Below, in pieces: positions 1 to 8,288 of a stretch of DNA of 64,000 nucleotides (its first letter is position 1; every line of letters starts with the position of its first letter). The stretch covers positions 77,014 to 141,013 of the forward strand of contig JANWKT010000034.1 in assembly GCA_025451235.1 (NCBI GenBank). Direction: 5' to 3'. The notes under the pieces are model-generated. The model ran no database searches. It was not told where the DNA came from and saw only the letters and a list, made by a program, of their open reading frames with translations. Source of the stretch: Flavobacteriales bacterium (GTDB lineage: Bacteria; Bacteroidota; Bacteroidia; CAIKAF01). The position numbers and the translations under genes were made by a program.

Positions 1-537
1 TTATATAAAACAACAAATCGGGGAGTCAACTGGACAAAGTTAACGGGTAGTACATTAGATAGAGTGACTTCGTGCACTTTCAATCCGAACAACGCTAATC
101 AGGTATATATAACAACCGAAGGCCAAGGCCTATGGATCAGCAGCGATATCAATTCCGGTACTCCTACTTTTAGCCAAGTCACCAGTTATCCGTTCCGCCA
201 ACCTGAAAGAGTTTTCTTCAATCCTTTTGATGCCAATGAAATTTGGATAACCAGTTTCGGTAACGGAATGAAAGTGGGTTATCTGGTGGGTTCAGGTATT
301 GCTGATTTTTCTGAACCCGATTTTAACATTTTCCCGAATCCTGTCAACCATTTGGTAAATATTCAATTGAATATAGAAGAAAATACTTGGGTGGACCTAT
401 TAGATATGAATGGAAAAAAAATGGCTATGTATTTATTAAAACCTGGTGTGAATTCTATCGACCTAACTACGTTGTCAAATGGAGTTTACATGATTGGGAG
501 CCATGGAAAGTATAAAAAGTTATTAATAGCTCATTAA
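1..537 (+). CDS. C-terminal part of a secreted protein with BNR/Asp-box-like repeats and a T9SS type-A C-terminal sorting domain (5' partial)
   Basis: The reading frame is open from the window start. S-x-D-x-G-x-x-W-like motifs are present (TTNRGVNWTKL, WISSDINSGTP). The last ~80 aa (FPNPVNHLVNIQL...GVYMIG...) fit the Bacteroidota Por/T9SS CTD pattern. Confidence 0.6.
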   Translation, partial: LYKTTNRGVNWTKLTGSTLDRVTSCTFNPNNANQVYITTEGQGLWISSDINSGTPTFSQVTSYPFRQPERVFFNPFDANEIWITSFGNGMKVGYLVGSGIADFSEPDFNIFPNPVNHLVNIQLNIEENTWVDLLDMNGKKMAMYLLKPGVNSIDLTTLSNGVYMIGSHGKYKKLLIAH

Positions 538-595
538 TTCCTGCTACAAAAACCAAGGTCTTTTATATACATTTACAGCATAACTTGTATCGTAT

Positions 596-2404
596 ATGAA
601 AAAAATCATCTTTCTCTTTCTATTAGCACCTATTTGCTATGATGGAAATGCACAATGTATATCACCAGCAAACCCCACTCAGGTAACCGCAACTCCAAAT
701 GTTGTTTGCTCTAATACAGGAGCAATCGTAAACCTGAATGCAACCTCACCTGGAAATACGATCCAATGGTATACGGTACCTTCAGGTGGAGTTTCCATTG
801 GCTCATCGGCCAGTGGTGCAAACTTTATCGCTAACCCATTATCAACCACTACTTATTATGCTGAGGCAGTAACTGTGGGTGGTTTAACAGCAGATACTTT
901 TTTTTATAGTGGATCTCCCCAATTTTATGTTGTCCCAGTGGGTATAGATTCCGTAGAAATTGATGCCTATGGTGCCCAGGGTGGTAACACTCAAGCTAAT
1001 ACCGGAGGGTTAGGTGGCAATGCCAAAGGTTGGTACACAGTTACACCCGGAGAAACCCTGTGGGTTTTTGTAGGAGGTAAGGGCCAAGACCATAATTTCA
1101 TGGGTGGTATTGATTATGAAGCCTTAGGCGGATGGAACGGTGGAGGTAAAGGTGGATATGATAATAGTGGACAGGTAGAAAATGGTGGAGGCGGAGGTGG
1201 TGCCTCTGATGTAAGACATATAGATACTACGTTTACCGGACGAAAAATTGTTGCCGGTGGTGGCGGTGGTAGTGCCGGTGGATTTTTCAGTCCAGCAAAT
1301 GGTGGATCCGGTGGCGGATTAATAGCCGGTGATGGCGGATTTACATATACTGCCTTGGGTGGTACAGGTGGAAACCAATCAGCAGGAGGAGTAGCCGCAA
1401 CACTTACCCGCGGAGCAACACACGGTGTATTTGGTATTGGCGGGAACGGAAGTACCAATCAAAATGCTTGGGGAAGTGGTGGTGCTGGTGGTGGCTATTA
1501 TGGTGGAGGTGGTGGAACATCCACCATGGATCATTCTTCAGGTCATGCTGCCGCAGGTGGTGGTGGTTCTTCTTATGTAGGTGGTGTCACCGGTGGTACA
1601 ACCACTGCAGGTGTAAGATCCGGTGATGGAATGGTGATCATTAACTATTTATCCAACTGTACAAGTTTAGGTCGTACTCCGGTAACTGTAACCATACATC
1701 CATTACCCAACGTGTCGGCAAACATTAGTCCTTCAAATAGTGTTTGCGAAGGAACCAATATTACCTTATCAGGTGGGGGTGCCAATTCTTATTCGTGGAC
1801 AGGTCCAACCAGTGTTACAGATAATGTTTCTTTCACAATAAGTTCATCCGGTCAAGGAATGTATTATGTAACCGGTACGGATGCCAATAGCTGCACGAAC
1901 ACGGATTCAGTTTTTGTTACTGTGAATCCAACACCTTCGATTGTTGCGACAGGAGATACCACTTTCTGCCAAGGCGGAAGTGCAACGCTGAGCGCCACCG
2001 GAGGCAATTCATATGTATGGAGCAATGGTGCAGGATCAGGAAGTACAGTAGTTGTGAGTCCCGGTATTCCTACTGATTATATAGTAACAGGAACAGATAC
2101 AACCACAGGATGTTTCTCTTATGATACTGTTTCAGTAGTGGTAGTGGATTGCAGTGGTATAGAAGATGAAGATCAACTGAATGTTTCTATCTATCCTAAT
2201 CCAACTTCAGGAATGATTCAGGTAAATACTCAACTGGAAATAACGATGGTAGAGATCATCAACATGCAGGGAAAAACCGTACAACGGATGATCATTCCTT
2301 CTTCCAATTTTCAGGTGAACCTGGAAAACTTCTCCAATGGAGTATATATTATTAGATTATATACGAACGAAGGCATTGTTCATCGATCGGTCATTAAACG
2401 ATAA
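596..2404 (+). CDS. Glycine-rich secreted protein with Ig-like repeats and a T9SS C-terminal sorting domain
   Basis: N-terminal signal peptide. A long GGxGG-rich domain with a conserved 'YVVPVG...EIDAYGAQGG...GGNAKGWYTV' core. Repeated Cys-containing Ig-like modules (CEGTNITLSGGGANSYSWTG, CQGGSATLSATGGNSYVWSNG). The C-terminus 'IYPNPTSGMIQVNT...GVYIIRLYT' is a T9SS CTD. Confidence 0.7.
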   Translation: MKKIIFLFLLAPICYDGNAQCISPANPTQVTATPNVVCSNTGAIVNLNATSPGNTIQWYTVPSGGVSIGSSASGANFIANPLSTTTYYAEAVTVGGLTADTFFYSGSPQFYVVPVGIDSVEIDAYGAQGGNTQANTGGLGGNAKGWYTVTPGETLWVFVGGKGQDHNFMGGIDYEALGGWNGGGKGGYDNSGQVENGGGGGGASDVRHIDTTFTGRKIVAGGGGGSAGGFFSPANGGSGGGLIAGDGGFTYTALGGTGGNQSAGGVAATLTRGATHGVFGIGGNGSTNQNAWGSGGAGGGYYGGGGGTSTMDHSSGHAAAGGGGSSYVGGVTGGTTTAGVRSGDGMVIINYLSNCTSLGRTPVTVTIHPLPNVSANISPSNSVCEGTNITLSGGGANSYSWTGPTSVTDNVSFTISSSGQGMYYVTGTDANSCTNTDSVFVTVNPTPSIVATGDTTFCQGGSATLSATGGNSYVWSNGAGSGSTVVVSPGIPTDYIVTGTDTTTGCFSYDTVSVVVVDCSGIEDEDQLNVSIYPNPTSGMIQVNTQLEITMVEIINMQGKTVQRMIIPSSNFQVNLENFSNGVYIIRLYTNEGIVHRSVIKR

Positions 2405-2413
2405 AATAAAAAA

Positions 2414-2437
2414 GGGACCTGTGAGGTCCCTTTTTTT
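2414..2437. terminator. Bidirectional rho-independent terminator between convergent genes
   Basis: GGGACC-tgtga-GGTCCC hairpin flanked by an A-run on one side and TTTTTTT on the other. It lies between the stop of the + gene (2404) and the stop of acs (2436). Confidence 0.65.
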
Positions 2438-4352
2438 ATATTTTATTTTTCTTGATCTCTTCCACTATTCCAGGATCCAGTAAGGTGGTCGTATCACCAA
2501 TATGATGGAGTTCCCCTTCGGCTATCTTTCGAAGGATACGGCGCATGATCTTTCCACTGCGTGTTTTGGGTAGTCCATTCACCAACTGTATCTTATCCGG
2601 CTTTGCGATCGGCCCGATGACCTTTGCAACCGTAGCTGCTATATTGGCTTTGGTGGCATCTTCGTTAATGGAATGTTCTTCATTGTATACCACAAAGGCA
2701 TAAATACCTTGCCCTTTGATATCGTGTGGATAACCCACCACGGCGCTTTCCACTACCCCGGCATGCATATTAATCGCATTTTCCACTTCAGCAGTTCCAA
2801 TTCGATGCCCACTTATATTGAGTACATCATCCACCCTACCCGTAATTCTATAAAAACCATTCTCATCACGAAATGCTCCATCACCCGTAAAATAAAGATC
2901 AGGATAAGCAGAAAAATAATTCAGGCGACATCGTTCATGATCGCCATAAGTAGTTCGTAAAATAGAAGGCCAGGGGAAACGGATGCATAAATTTCCATTT
3001 ACATTGTTTTCTTCAATCAGCTTTCCCTGGTCATCCACCAAAACGGGTTGTACTCCCGGCATGGGCAAGGTGGCGTAGGAGGGTTTGGAAGGAGTAATAC
3101 CTGCCAGGTTCGAAATAAGTATTCCACCCGTTTCGGTTTGCCACCAGGTATCTACGATCGGGCATTTTTCCTTCCCAATATTTTTATCATACCAATGCCA
3201 GGCTTCTTCATTGATCGGCTCTCCTACAGTTCCTAATACTTTTAAAGAAGAAAGATCCTTATTTTCCAAAGGGCCCAAACCCAGCTGCATGAGACTACGA
3301 ATAGCTGTAGGAGCTGTATATAAAATATTTACTTGGTACTTATCTACAATATCCCAGAATCTTCCGGCATCCGGCCATGTAGGAATTCCTTCAAACATCA
3401 AGGAGGTGGCCCCTGCACAAAGGGGTGCATATACAATATAGCTATGCCCGGTTACCCAACCAATGTCGGCTGTACAAAAATGAATATCACCTGGTAAGTA
3501 TTGGAATACATTTACAAATGTATACGTAGTATAGATCATATAACCTGCACAACTATGCACTACACCTTTTGGCTTCCCGGTAGAACCGGAGGTGTATAAA
3601 ATGAACAAAGGATCTTCAGCTTGCATGGGTTCCGCTTCGTAGTTGATGGTACCGGATCTTTTTACTTCCAGCATTTCTTGCTCCAGAAAATAATCCCTGT
3701 TCTTTATCATCGAAACGGGAACTTTTGTTCGGATGAGTGTAAATACTTTTTTAATCGTTTTGCAATCCTCCACAGCCTCATCCACTAATGATTTAAGAGG
3801 AATATCTTTGGCCCCGCGATACGCTCCATCACAAGTGATCACTGCGGTGGCTCCTGCATCCTGGATACGATCGGCAATGCTTTGGGCACTAAAGCCTCCA
3901 AAAATAACTGAATGAATAGCTCCAATTCTTGCACAAGCCAAAACAGCAAACGCCAATTCAGGTACCATGCCCATATAAATACAAACCCGGTCGCCTTTTT
4001 TTATACCATGGTTCCTAAAAACTGTGGCCATGGTGCATACTTCTTCATGCAATTCCTGATAGGTAATGGTTCTACTCTTTTCTGTTGGATCATTGGGTTC
4101 CCAAATAATGGCAGGCTGATCGGCTTTATCTGCCAAATGTCGATCAATGCAATTTTCTGTAATATTCAATACACCACCATCAAACCAATTCACCATTGGA
4201 TCTTTGAAATTCCAGTTCAATACTTTTTGAGGAGGTGATTTCCATAAAAAAAAAGAAGCTATTTCAGTCCAGAATTCTTCAGGATCATCGATACTTCTTC
4301 GATATGCACTGGAATATTCTTCTAACGAACGTATTTGAAAGGGATATGACAT
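2436..4352 (-). CDS. acs: Acetyl-coenzyme A synthetase (AMP-forming)
   Basis: 638 aa. Canonical Acs N-terminus (EEFW, ...WWQTETGG...). AMP-binding motif YTSGSTGKPKGV. C-terminal lysine motif (SGKIMRR). Confidence 0.95.
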   Translation of the reverse strand: MSYPFQIRSLEEYSSAYRRSIDDPEEFWTEIASFFLWKSPPQKVLNWNFKDPMVNWFDGGVLNITENCIDRHLADKADQPAIIWEPNDPTEKSRTITYQELHEEVCTMATVFRNHGIKKGDRVCIYMGMVPELAFAVLACARIGAIHSVIFGGFSAQSIADRIQDAGATAVITCDGAYRGAKDIPLKSLVDEAVEDCKTIKKVFTLIRTKVPVSMIKNRDYFLEQEMLEVKRSGTINYEAEPMQAEDPLFILYTSGSTGKPKGVVHSCAGYMIYTTYTFVNVFQYLPGDIHFCTADIGWVTGHSYIVYAPLCAGATSLMFEGIPTWPDAGRFWDIVDKYQVNILYTAPTAIRSLMQLGLGPLENKDLSSLKVLGTVGEPINEEAWHWYDKNIGKEKCPIVDTWWQTETGGILISNLAGITPSKPSYATLPMPGVQPVLVDDQGKLIEENNVNGNLCIRFPWPSILRTTYGDHERCRLNYFSAYPDLYFTGDGAFRDENGFYRITGRVDDVLNISGHRIGTAEVENAINMHAGVVESAVVGYPHDIKGQGIYAFVVYNEEHSINEDATKANIAATVAKVIGPIAKPDKIQLVNGLPKTRSGKIMRRILRKIAEGELHHIGDTTTLLDPGIVEEIKKNKI

Positions 4353-4500
4353 TTTAGATCATTAAAGTATAAATTTATAAAATATTCGCTTGGTATAGCG
4401 GGGGGATCCCACTTTCGCGAAAATCCCACGCACGAAGATCTGAAGAAAAAAAAGGCGTTACAAAAATGTAACGCCTCCTTAAGTATGATGATCAAAAATC

Positions 4501-5121
4501 CTAGCTACCTCCTGATTTTCTCACTGTCTGTACTTTTTTAACCGGTGCATTTTTTACAGCAGGAGCCGTTTTATTGGTCTTTGCAGTTACCGTTTTCTTT
4601 TTAACTGTTTCCGTTTTTTCTTTTTTAGGTGCGGTTTTCTTTTCACCACCATCTTCTGCTACTTTCTTGTCACCCTGGCTATTTGTCGAAGAATCTTCAC
4701 CCTCCTCTTTGGTCTCTTCATCTTTTTTCTTCAATTCTTCCGGATCAAGGTGATTTCCTTTTATCAATTGGTTATACCATTTCAATAATTTCTTAATATC
4801 AGAAGTATATACTTTTTCTTTGTCATAGTCGGGTTGAATGGCTTCAAAATAAGCTTTGATATCCGCATCTTTGCCTTTCGCGGTTGCACATTCTGCACCC
4901 GCTTCTTTTTCATAGATCTTTAAAAAAACTTCTTTTAAAGAAACTTCTCCATCATTTGTATAAATGCTGATGTCTGATAATGTGCTTACATTATACGATT
5001 GGTAAACAGGCATTCTTTTGCCATCTTCCAAAGATTCGGCGATCAAACCAAAATTGGTTTTGCTTACAATTTTAAAGAGGGAACCATATCCACTCACCGA
5101 AATTAACTTATCAAATTCCAT
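4501..5121 (-). CDS. Conserved Bacteroidota hypothetical protein (DUF5606-like) with a lysine-rich, histone-H1-like C-terminal tail
   Basis: Globular N-terminal ~140 aa. The C-terminus is low-complexity and K/T/A/P/E-rich (KKTAPKKEKTETVKKKTVTAKTNKTAPAVKNAPVKK). Confidence 0.55.
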   Translation of the reverse strand: MEFDKLISVSGYGSLFKIVSKTNFGLIAESLEDGKRMPVYQSYNVSTLSDISIYTNDGEVSLKEVFLKIYEKEAGAECATAKGKDADIKAYFEAIQPDYDKEKVYTSDIKKLLKWYNQLIKGNHLDPEELKKKDEETKEEGEDSSTNSQGDKKVAEDGGEKKTAPKKEKTETVKKKTVTAKTNKTAPAVKNAPVKKVQTVRKSGGS

Positions 5122-5292
5122 GTACCATTAATTTATAACAAATGTAGTAAAAAAGGTGATTCATGTATCTGGTATTTTGGGGCCTTTTGGCCGTACTTCG
5201 CTGTACTCCTCCCCCAATACATTAACCTACACTAATGTTCAAACGCTGCTCCTCTGTCGCAGGTTTTCTCATAAGTGTATGTAAATGGTTAG

Positions 5293-5330
5293 GGTCCGGG
5301 GTGCCGCTGCGCCCGGCAGGCCGAAAATCG
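5293..5330 (-). repeat. Short GC-rich fragment of the intergenic repeat family (see the 26.5, 38.5 and 50.2 kb copies)
   Basis: Its reverse complement, cggcctgccgggcgcagcggcaccccggaccc, aligns to the 'aagcctgcctggcgcagtacaggccgacgccc' portion of the 38.5 kb copy. It is GC-rich in an AT-rich background and lies immediately downstream of the S8 peptidase stop. Confidence 0.4.
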
Positions 5331-5333
5331 TTA

Positions 5334-8192
5334 TTAATTACCAACGCGGAGCTTATAGGGTGGGTTCACGTCCAAACGTCCGCCGCAACGTATTTCTATA
5401 TTTTTAACCAACCCATCAGCGGTGGAGATCAATGGAGAGAATCCACTGCCAGGGCTGGTGTCCGGAACAATCACATGATCAGCAAAGTCCGGCACCGAAT
5501 TTTGGGTCCAGTTAGCAGGATCATGCCAGTTATTATTTCCACCATTTCCAGTCCAAATGTTAAAGGTGGTATTGTATTTTGTTTCTGCTGTAATAGCTTG
5601 CGCCTGAATATCAGCCAATGAATTTCCAATCAATAAAGCAAAATGCAAAACAGCACATCCATTGGCAGTAAGTGAATCAAATTTTACTCCAATATATTGT
5701 GCTACATCTGTTATACCCGAAATATTAGATGGAACCGAGGGGTTCATCATATTATGTTTTTCGGTAGACGTAAACCCATCGTACACGTTTTGGGTCCCTC
5801 CACTGCCATCTGTATTGTTGGCATAATATTTTACTTGCCCAAAGGGCGATAAAACCTTTACACCAACAAAATGCCGGGGCGAAGGATTTTGTACAATGGC
5901 AGTTTGAGAAGTTGTATCATAAAATGCCTGGTTAAACCATACATTCCATAACAATGAATCCGGCATATCGAAATCAGAAAACAAACCGGCGTACCAATCA
6001 GACAGTGGAGATCCGGTATTATTCTGGAACTGATACTCAACGATCAGGAACTGATCGTTGATAGAATCCGTCCAGGCATATAATTTTTGTTTTACGTTTA
6101 CTCCTACTGCATTTGCACCTGCCCCATTGTCATCGTATTGTGAGATCACTTCAAGATCCGCTACCTGAGAAGAATGATTCACGATAATATTTTGCATCGC
6201 CAACATGTCTGCATCATTCGGCCAATTGCAACAAGGACCAAGGGGTGGCTGGCTTAAAGTCTGGTCACTCACCGCTGTACTTGTTTTTGAAAGAAATAAT
6301 CCCATCGGGTTCCAGTAAATTCCCAATAGATTATTTTCCTTTCCTTCCATTCTATAACCTATTCCTTTTAATGTTCTATCGTCGGCGAATCCAATACGAC
6401 CGGTAGTGGTTACTGTAGTTTGCAATTTATTTACCTCAACATTATAATAATTCCTATTTACAATAAAAGAAAAATATTGGGTATTCAACGTATCTGCCCC
6501 ATCGTAATAAACCACTTTCATGAGTACATTTTGGTTGAGGGGACAACCTGGCAATGTTAAAAACTTAAAGGGTTGAGAAGAGATATCATTAAAGTTCATT
6601 GTATTGATAGTTCCCAGGTTGGCTGAAGAATCCAACCACTGTACAAAAGGTGAATTATCACTGATGATCGCTACCAATGCAGCGGTGGAAGTGTCTAAGA
6701 GATTCAACATATTACCTGCTATCTCCACTGTATCGCCAATCATGATCACATCATCATTGTTATCCGTAAAAGTTCTTGAGGTAAAATATAAATAGGGTTC
6801 AAATGGATTGATGAGAGCTGCATACATATCCAATCTCCCCGAACCTTGTTTATTCAAATAGGGAGCATTGCCAGGGATCGTATCGATCCTATGGGCTGAT
6901 TGGCGGAGGATGGCCCCGATCTGGATCGGTTGTAAAGTAGAATAATAATTTTGAACCAACCCGGCCGTACCTGAAGTGAGTGCACTTGCATCACTGGTAC
7001 CATTTCCAGTACCATAACCACCTGGTCCCGGTGAATATACTTCTATCATTCCCTGCCCAGGAGAAACAATATCCACTTGCTCGTAGTAAGAAGAGTTACC
7101 GCTTTTGGTATCATTTTGTTGAGTACCACCTACGGCAATCACCGCTTCGTACGAAGCGGGGTAAAATGGAATCGTATTGTTTGAATTTCCTGCAGCCGCA
7201 AAGATCTGGCAGCCTTGGTTAACACTTACATAATTCACCACATCCTGCTCATAGGGTCCGGGAGTCTGACCTCCCCAAGATGCATTGATAATTTTAGCTC
7301 CATGATCGGCTGCATAAACCAGTCCTTCATAGCCGGCAACATATCCATACGAACTATGCACCATCTTTATGGGCATATAGCTACATTTATAACCCGCTCC
7401 GGCAATACCTGTATAATTATTGGTAGAACCTGCAGCCAAACTACTCATGGCAGTACCATGTGCACTATTAAAACCACCAATATATTGAGGATAATTATCA
7501 CCATCACCTACGTCCCATCCACGGAAATTATCTATAAAACCATCATTGTCCTCATCCCCCAATCCAACTGAATCTGTATAATCATAATAGATATTAGCCA
7601 TCAGGTCTGGATGAAAAAAGTCCGTACCTCCATCCACAATTCCTATAATGGTGCTATAGCTCCCGGTATCCAGGTTCCAGGCAAGGTCGGCCCTGATCTT
7701 CGTTAGGTACCATTGATTGGAAAACGAAGTATCGTTAGGAACCCACATGGGTGATACGATCATTCTGGGCTGGGCATATTCTACATATCGTAGCCCGTTC
7801 AATTCTGTAATGAGTTTTCTAACATCCAGGCTGCCTGAATAGGTAATGTTGTAGACCAGAGAAAGGTCCGATAATTTTCTTCCAAACTGATCAAATTCTT
7901 TCACCCTGGCTTTGTGCATGGGGTAAAGCTTTTTGATCTCAGTGGCTTTCACATAATTAAAGACCTGTATCAGTTCCGGAATATCAATGGTGGTTGAATT
8001 ACACAGGTCTCTGTATTCCGGTTTGATCTTAACAATTACCTGGTTCGATAAACAATCCGTTCCGGGCTGTACACCACTATAATCATAATAGGTAGTACTG
8101 AAGTTGTCTGGAAATGAATAATCAGGATTTTGCGCAAAAGAATTAGCTGCGAAAAAAAACAGGCCTATACAAGCAATTTTCTTTATAAACAT
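5334..8192 (-). CDS. Secreted S8 family (subtilisin-like) serine peptidase
   Basis: 952 aa with a signal peptide. The catalytic D/H/S blocks appear in order (IVDGGTDFFHPD; NSAHGTAMSSLAAG; GNGTSDASALTSGTAGLV). It has long N-terminal pro/beta-rich domains. Confidence 0.85.
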   Translation of the reverse strand: MFIKKIACIGLFFFAANSFAQNPDYSFPDNFSTTYYDYSGVQPGTDCLSNQVIVKIKPEYRDLCNSTTIDIPELIQVFNYVKATEIKKLYPMHKARVKEFDQFGRKLSDLSLVYNITYSGSLDVRKLITELNGLRYVEYAQPRMIVSPMWVPNDTSFSNQWYLTKIRADLAWNLDTGSYSTIIGIVDGGTDFFHPDLMANIYYDYTDSVGLGDEDNDGFIDNFRGWDVGDGDNYPQYIGGFNSAHGTAMSSLAAGSTNNYTGIAGAGYKCSYMPIKMVHSSYGYVAGYEGLVYAADHGAKIINASWGGQTPGPYEQDVVNYVSVNQGCQIFAAAGNSNNTIPFYPASYEAVIAVGGTQQNDTKSGNSSYYEQVDIVSPGQGMIEVYSPGPGGYGTGNGTSDASALTSGTAGLVQNYYSTLQPIQIGAILRQSAHRIDTIPGNAPYLNKQGSGRLDMYAALINPFEPYLYFTSRTFTDNNDDVIMIGDTVEIAGNMLNLLDTSTAALVAIISDNSPFVQWLDSSANLGTINTMNFNDISSQPFKFLTLPGCPLNQNVLMKVVYYDGADTLNTQYFSFIVNRNYYNVEVNKLQTTVTTTGRIGFADDRTLKGIGYRMEGKENNLLGIYWNPMGLFLSKTSTAVSDQTLSQPPLGPCCNWPNDADMLAMQNIIVNHSSQVADLEVISQYDDNGAGANAVGVNVKQKLYAWTDSINDQFLIVEYQFQNNTGSPLSDWYAGLFSDFDMPDSLLWNVWFNQAFYDTTSQTAIVQNPSPRHFVGVKVLSPFGQVKYYANNTDGSGGTQNVYDGFTSTEKHNMMNPSVPSNISGITDVAQYIGVKFDSLTANGCAVLHFALLIGNSLADIQAQAITAETKYNTTFNIWTGNGGNNNWHDPANWTQNSVPDFADHVIVPDTSPGSGFSPLISTADGLVKNIEIRCGGRLDVNPPYKLRVGN

Positions 8193-8288
8193 TGGGACCA
8201 GAATCTTTTATTTACCCAAAGAGCCTTTGGGCAATTCTTACCCTAATATACAAAAAATACGTCAAATACAAATTAAGGGAGGGTAATC

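Noticed and set aside
1114-1458. 114-aa Pro-rich ORF on the minus strand inside the glycine-rich protein gene
   Set aside because: It is the antisense read of GGN-rich codons (Gly runs read as Pro on the opposite strand). It lies entirely within a longer, coherent plus-strand CDS.
2673-4238. Several 60-118-aa plus-strand ORFs inside acs
   Set aside because: They are embedded antisense in a high-confidence acs CDS and show no independent signals.
5235-5621. 128-aa plus-strand ORF overlapping the S8 peptidase 3' end and the GC-rich fragment
   Set aside because: It starts in intergenic GC-rich repeat sequence and runs antisense through the peptidase gene. It is most likely spurious.
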